Shown piece after piece: positions 63,200 to 64,000 of a stretch of DNA of 64,000 bases. A program made the position numbers and the translations under genes. Below the pieces are notes generated by a model. It had not been told where the DNA came from and ran no database searches. It saw only the letters and a program-made list of their open reading frames with translations. Source of the stretch: Hadesarchaea archaeon (GTDB lineage Archaea > Hadarchaeota > Hadarchaeia > Hadarchaeales > Hadarchaeaceae); NCBI GenBank assembly GCA_030601675.1, contig JAUWBN010000003.1, forward strand, positions 2,255 through 66,254, written 5' to 3'. Positions within the stretch are counted from its first letter, which is position 1. Every line of letters starts with the position of its first letter.

Positions 63200-64000
63200 C
63201 TAGCGAAAGGGCAGGAGATCCGATTCGATTTCGCCCTTCTTCTTCTCGGGCGGCGCTGGGAATTCCTTGGGCAGCTCCTCGGTGCGCTGTCCTATCCCTA
63301 TCGTGTTCCCTATGCCCGCGACAATCACCACATCGCCCGGCTTCGTCCGCTCCCGCACCGCCTGCTTCACCCGCTCCTCAGCCACCTCGACCGCGCGGGC
63401 GAGGCGCTTGTTGAGGGGCCTTATAGCTTCCTTGAACGACTCCTTGATCACGATTGCGTCGACTGGCACCTTGCGCTTCACCGCGATCTCCTCGATCTTG
63501 TACTTCTCCGTGGGGGGCCCACCTATCGCAGCCCCGACGCCCTCGATCACCTGCCCGCTCGTGTCTCCCTCGAGCTTCAGGGCGGCGTCGATCATGACGA
63601 TTCGATTTATTTTGCGCCCCCCGACCAAGCGCTTGATGAGCTCGCCGGGTTTACCGACCCTTCCCCCGGGCCCTTTCGCCTTGACGACAAGGAGCTTCCG
63701 CCCGTCGAACTTCGTCTCGGCGTAAATGGTGTCTTCGACGGGTTCCTTGCAGCGTGCACCCCCGATGAGCCGGGTTGCCGTCATCGCTCCAACGCCATCA
63801 CCTATCGGTTTTCCGTCAACGAAGGCCTTCGTCGCATCCACGAACGCTTTCCCATACTCCTTCAGGAAGGGCATCTGCATTTGAATGAGCATGACGAGCT
63901 GGTAGCTCTTCGTCTTCTCGGCAAGCAGGGTGAAGTGGCGCACCAAGCGATAGAGGGTGTAGCTCGCCATCGCCCCCTCGAGGGTCATCTCCAGGTTGGC
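63200..64000 (-). CDS. Conserved archaeal protein, possibly DUF1512 family; 5' end probably beyond the window
   Basis: The open frame continues to the window edge. The family assignment is from memory of the general pattern only. Confidence 0.4.
   Translation of the reverse strand, partial: ANLEMTLEGAMASYTLYRLVRHFTLLAEKTKSYQLVMLIQMQMPFLKEYGKAFVDATKAFVDGKPIGDGVGAMTATRLIGGARCKEPVEDTIYAETKFDGRKLLVVKAKGPGGRVGKPGELIKRLVGGRKINRIVMIDAALKLEGDTSGQVIEGVGAAIGGPPTEKYKIEEIAVKRKVPVDAIVIKESFKEAIRPLNKRLARAVEVAEERVKQAVRERTKPGDVVIVAGIGNTIGIGQRTEELPKEFPAPPEKKKGEIESDLLPFR

Overview
GC-rich archaeal chromosome segment. Hand counts on sampled 60-nt lines of core genes gave about 60-67% GC. No rRNA, CRISPR array, integrase or transposase was seen. 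Most genes are housekeeping. They include the promoter-proximal part of an Mrp/Mbh-type antiporter module (mnhE-F-G, mbhD/E-like, mnhB, mnhC), a 1125-aa S-layer-like surface protein, class I fumarate hydratase, DacZ, DNA ligase, RecJ/GAN, MtnA and ApgM. There are three plus-strand tRNAs with encoded CCA: Arg-TCG, Arg-CCG with an 18-nt insertion in the D-loop, and Trp-CCA with a 58-nt intron carrying C/D-box motifs. EndA and TrpRS follow the tRNAs. The A1AO ATP synthase locus is rearranged, with atpA-atpB divergent from atpH-I-K-E-C-F-D. Further genes are SecFD, TrmI, the HMG-CoA synthase/thiolase/DUF35 trio, archaeal SAM synthetase, ArcTGT, a ribose-1,5-bisphosphate isomerase-like protein, NikR, TBP, Acs, a Mer-like oxidoreductase, Nth, KsgA and aEF-2. 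Four things stand out. (1) A tightly overlapping five-gene operon (43972-47985) joins a group-4-type [NiFe] hydrogenase catalytic module (NuoB/C/D-like, with all NiFe cysteines present) to an HdrB-like CCG protein and extra Fe-S domains, with no membrane subunit in the operon. (2) A lower-GC three-gene cluster (54449-58443) encodes a KaiC-like ATPase, an 801-aa membrane-anchored FN3-rich surface protein and a Walker-A-less KaiC-like paralogue. (3) Three separate cassettes are each bracketed by direct repeats that duplicate the 3' end of a host gene: MNT/HEPN, TBP plus a RAM-domain gene, and the KaiC cluster. (4) A palindromic 17-mer carrying a Shine-Dalgarno-like core recurs in tandem directly before two TTG-start genes of the mrp/mbh operon. 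All calls rest on by-eye motif recognition and translation. No database search was run.
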